Assembly: GCA_012295275.1 (NCBI GenBank)
Contig: CM022670.1
Location: 6,510,001 to 6,574,000, forward strand
Length of the DNA: 64,000 bases
Reading direction: 5' to 3'
From: Chrysomallon squamiferum
Lineage: Eukaryota > Animalia > Mollusca
Below, one piece after another: positions 61,604-64,000 of this stretch. A model generated the notes under the pieces. That model searched no databases, was not told the DNA's origin, and saw nothing but the letters and a program-made list of their open reading frames with translations. A program made the translations under genes and the position numbers. Each line of letters starts with the position of its first letter. The first letter of the stretch is position 1.

Positions 61604-61870
61604 GTCAGCAGGCGCTGCTGAGCTGGTGTTAGTGGGACGAAGTACTCAGATAGAAATCAGGCTGACCTGTCAGGGAGTGGCAGGGAGTGGATCGTAGCTG
61701 GCGGAAAGCCATTACACCTCACAAACCCAAGCCTTGAAACGAAGCCGCACCATTGGCTGGTGTTTGTTTATATCACTTTGACCTCAGTTGAACCCATCGT
61801 TGGGGAAAGTGGGTTGGGCTGTACGCAGTGAGGTATGCAGTGATGTAATGACTGCAACTACTCTCACAGT
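61604..61870 (-). promoter_or_regulatory. Putative KLF promoter/5'UTR island
   Basis: GC/CpG-rich; tandem GGGAGTGG boxes (61673-61690), GGCGGAAA (~61700), CCAAT on the minus strand (~61753). Confidence 0.5.
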
Positions 61871-62224
61871 TAGCTTGCTGCTAGATGTGAGTGTGTACTG
61901 TGTAATCTGTGTGTGTGTGTGTGTGTGTGTAGGTGTGCATGTGTGTACTGAGTGTGTCAAAGTCTGTGCATGTATGTTAGTACATACATACATATATATA
62001 TTTTTATACACATATAAATGAATGTATATGTTTGCAAATTAATTATGCAGTAGCGGAGAGGTCAACAGGAAAAAGGAAAAGATGTCTAAAAACAAGTCAA
62101 GCAACTAAATAATTAGTGACAAAAAAAGCTGTCACAAATTATAAATCCATGAAGACTCATATTTTTTATTATATACATTTATGTCAGTTTGTGTGTGGGT
62201 GTGCAGGCCGATATGATAAAATAT

Positions 62225-62253
62225 CTGTATGTCTATGTGTCACATAAATGAGT

Positions 62254-62305
<52 letters not shown>

Positions 62306-62647
62306 ATGGTATATATGTATATATGGTATGTATGCTTTATATATGTATGTGTTATGTATGTTAGTGTGTATGTATGAGATTTATATGTGTATATATGTAT
62401 GTGTGGTATGTCTTTATTTATATGTGTGGTGCATATGTCTTTATAAGTATATGTCAGATGCATATGTGTAGATATTTAGGATATACAAATGTGTGTGTGT
62501 GTATGCTTATGTATATGTGTGTCTGTCTCTTTATATGTATAACAGATGGAACAAACTATTTATGTATGTATATGTATGTTAGTATGTATGTATGTATGTA
62601 TGTATATATGTATATATGTATGTACACACATACATACATACATATAT

Positions 62648-62689
<42 letters not shown>

Positions 62690-63038
62690 GTGTCAGGAGT
62701 TATCCTTTTTTATCTGTGTGTGTGTGTTTATGTAGATTCTGTGTGTAGATTCCTGACTATATTTGTATAACCATAAGCTGTTTACAGTCTATGTGTTTTA
62801 ACCTAGTATGTTTTAAAAAAACAACGGAATATTACACAGAGTTCAGTGAAGCAGAACATTTCTTTGTGTGACACTTGATTTACTACTACAGCTTTTCTCA
62901 CAGAACTCTACGTGAGTGTGTGTGTGTGTGTGTGTGAATGTGTGTGTGTGAATGTGTGTGTGAATGTGTGTGTGTGTTTGTGAGGTTGTCTCTGTATGTG
63001 TGTGTCTGTTGTGTGTGAATGTTTCTGTCTATGTGTCC

Positions 63039-63075
<37 letters not shown>

Positions 63076-63330
63076 TGTGTGTGTGTGAGGGTACATGTAT
63101 GTGTGTCTATGTGTGAATGTATGTGTATATCTGTGTTTTTGTTTTTGTGTGTATGAGTCTGTGTGTGTTTGTGTGTGTGAACATGTATATGACTGTATGT
63201 TGTTTTCCTTTCTTTCTTGTTCTTTTTCTTTTTTCAGACACACACACACACACACAGTCATCCAAACACACACACATAAACACACATACTCACCCATACA
63301 CACACACACACAAACTCACATGTACACATT
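62225..63330. repeat. Compound (TG)/(CA)/(TATG) microsatellite field
   Basis: Direct reading. Confidence 0.9.
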
Positions 63331-63634
63331 TAAGCTGACCCTTGAACAATTTCCTAAATGAACATTTCTAGGGGGGTAATTTATAAATGTATAAATATAC
63401 TTAATTACATTCTCGTTTTTTTGAATCACTCAGACACACCCAGAGAAAATCTAATAATTAATCACTTTCAAGGCAATGTATTACTTGTGTCTTATTTAAC
63501 CTTTATTTTTTTTATATATTTTTTTTTTTTTAGGTATAAATATCAAGCAAAAATATTTAGCATTTAACATGAATAGAATGAAATATAAATTAGAATTCAA
63601 AAGTGAGACACTGAGTAGAATATTATTAGTGGAT

Positions 63635-63651
63635 ATAGTACCAGTACTAGC

Positions 63652-63688
<37 letters not shown>

Positions 63689-63837
63689 ACGTAATATTAG
63701 TGGTACTAGTAATAGTAGTAGCAATTGTAGTAGAAATACTAGTAATAGTAGTAACAGTAGCAGAAACAGTAAGAGTAGCAGAGTAATTGTAATAATAGTA
63801 GTAGTAATGTAATATTAATGGTACTAGTAATAGTAGT

Positions 63838-63874
<37 letters not shown>

Positions 63875-63975
63875 CTAGAAGTAGCAGCAGCAATAGAAGT
63901 AGTAGTAGAAGCAGCAGCAGTAGAAGTAGTAGTAGTAGCAGCAGTAGTAGTAGCAGTAGTAGTAGCAGCAAGCAA
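63635..63975. repeat. (AGT/AGC)n trinucleotide repeat
   Basis: Direct reading. Confidence 0.92.
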
Positions 63976-64000
63976 TAGTTGAGGTGTAGTGATAAGAATA

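Noticed and set aside
61784-63975. Many CV/HT/L/T-rich ORFs (also 671-2100, 4857-5232, 50028-50338, 58817-59035)
   Set aside because: Translations of microsatellites; only 50266-50359 on the minus strand is a credible exon.

Overview
AT-rich animal genomic DNA with many introns and microsatellites. It is most likely from a mollusc (gastropod); this is an inference from two decayed Meta-type SINE copies recognised from memory. Three multi-exon genes can be reconstructed by hand with phase-consistent GT-AG introns. (1) RECQL5 helicase, minus strand, 17510->7702, 12 coding exons, with one apparent 1-nt homopolymer frameshift at 12820-12824. (2) An MGAT4A/B-type N-acetylglucosaminyltransferase IV, plus strand, 24206->36523, 13 coding exons, head-to-head with RECQL5. 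(3) A Kruppel-like factor (KLF3/8/12-like fingers), minus strand, 61603->47825, 6 coding exons, tail-to-tail with MGAT4. The most interesting signals are these. MGAT4 intron 7, directly before the catalytic EDD motif, holds a candidate microexon switch: a 4-nt exon frame-equivalent to exon 7, a 24/44-nt exon, a GCATG cluster and competing complementary elements. A 102-codon ORF sits in frame behind the KLF stop codon across a 3'UTR intron. Tandem duplications copy splice sites in all three genes. A dense TACGTG (HIF/bHLH-PAS type) cluster lies at ~3.0-3.4 kb. There is also a decayed MULE transposase fragment. All isoform and regulatory claims are inferences that need RNA or conservation data.
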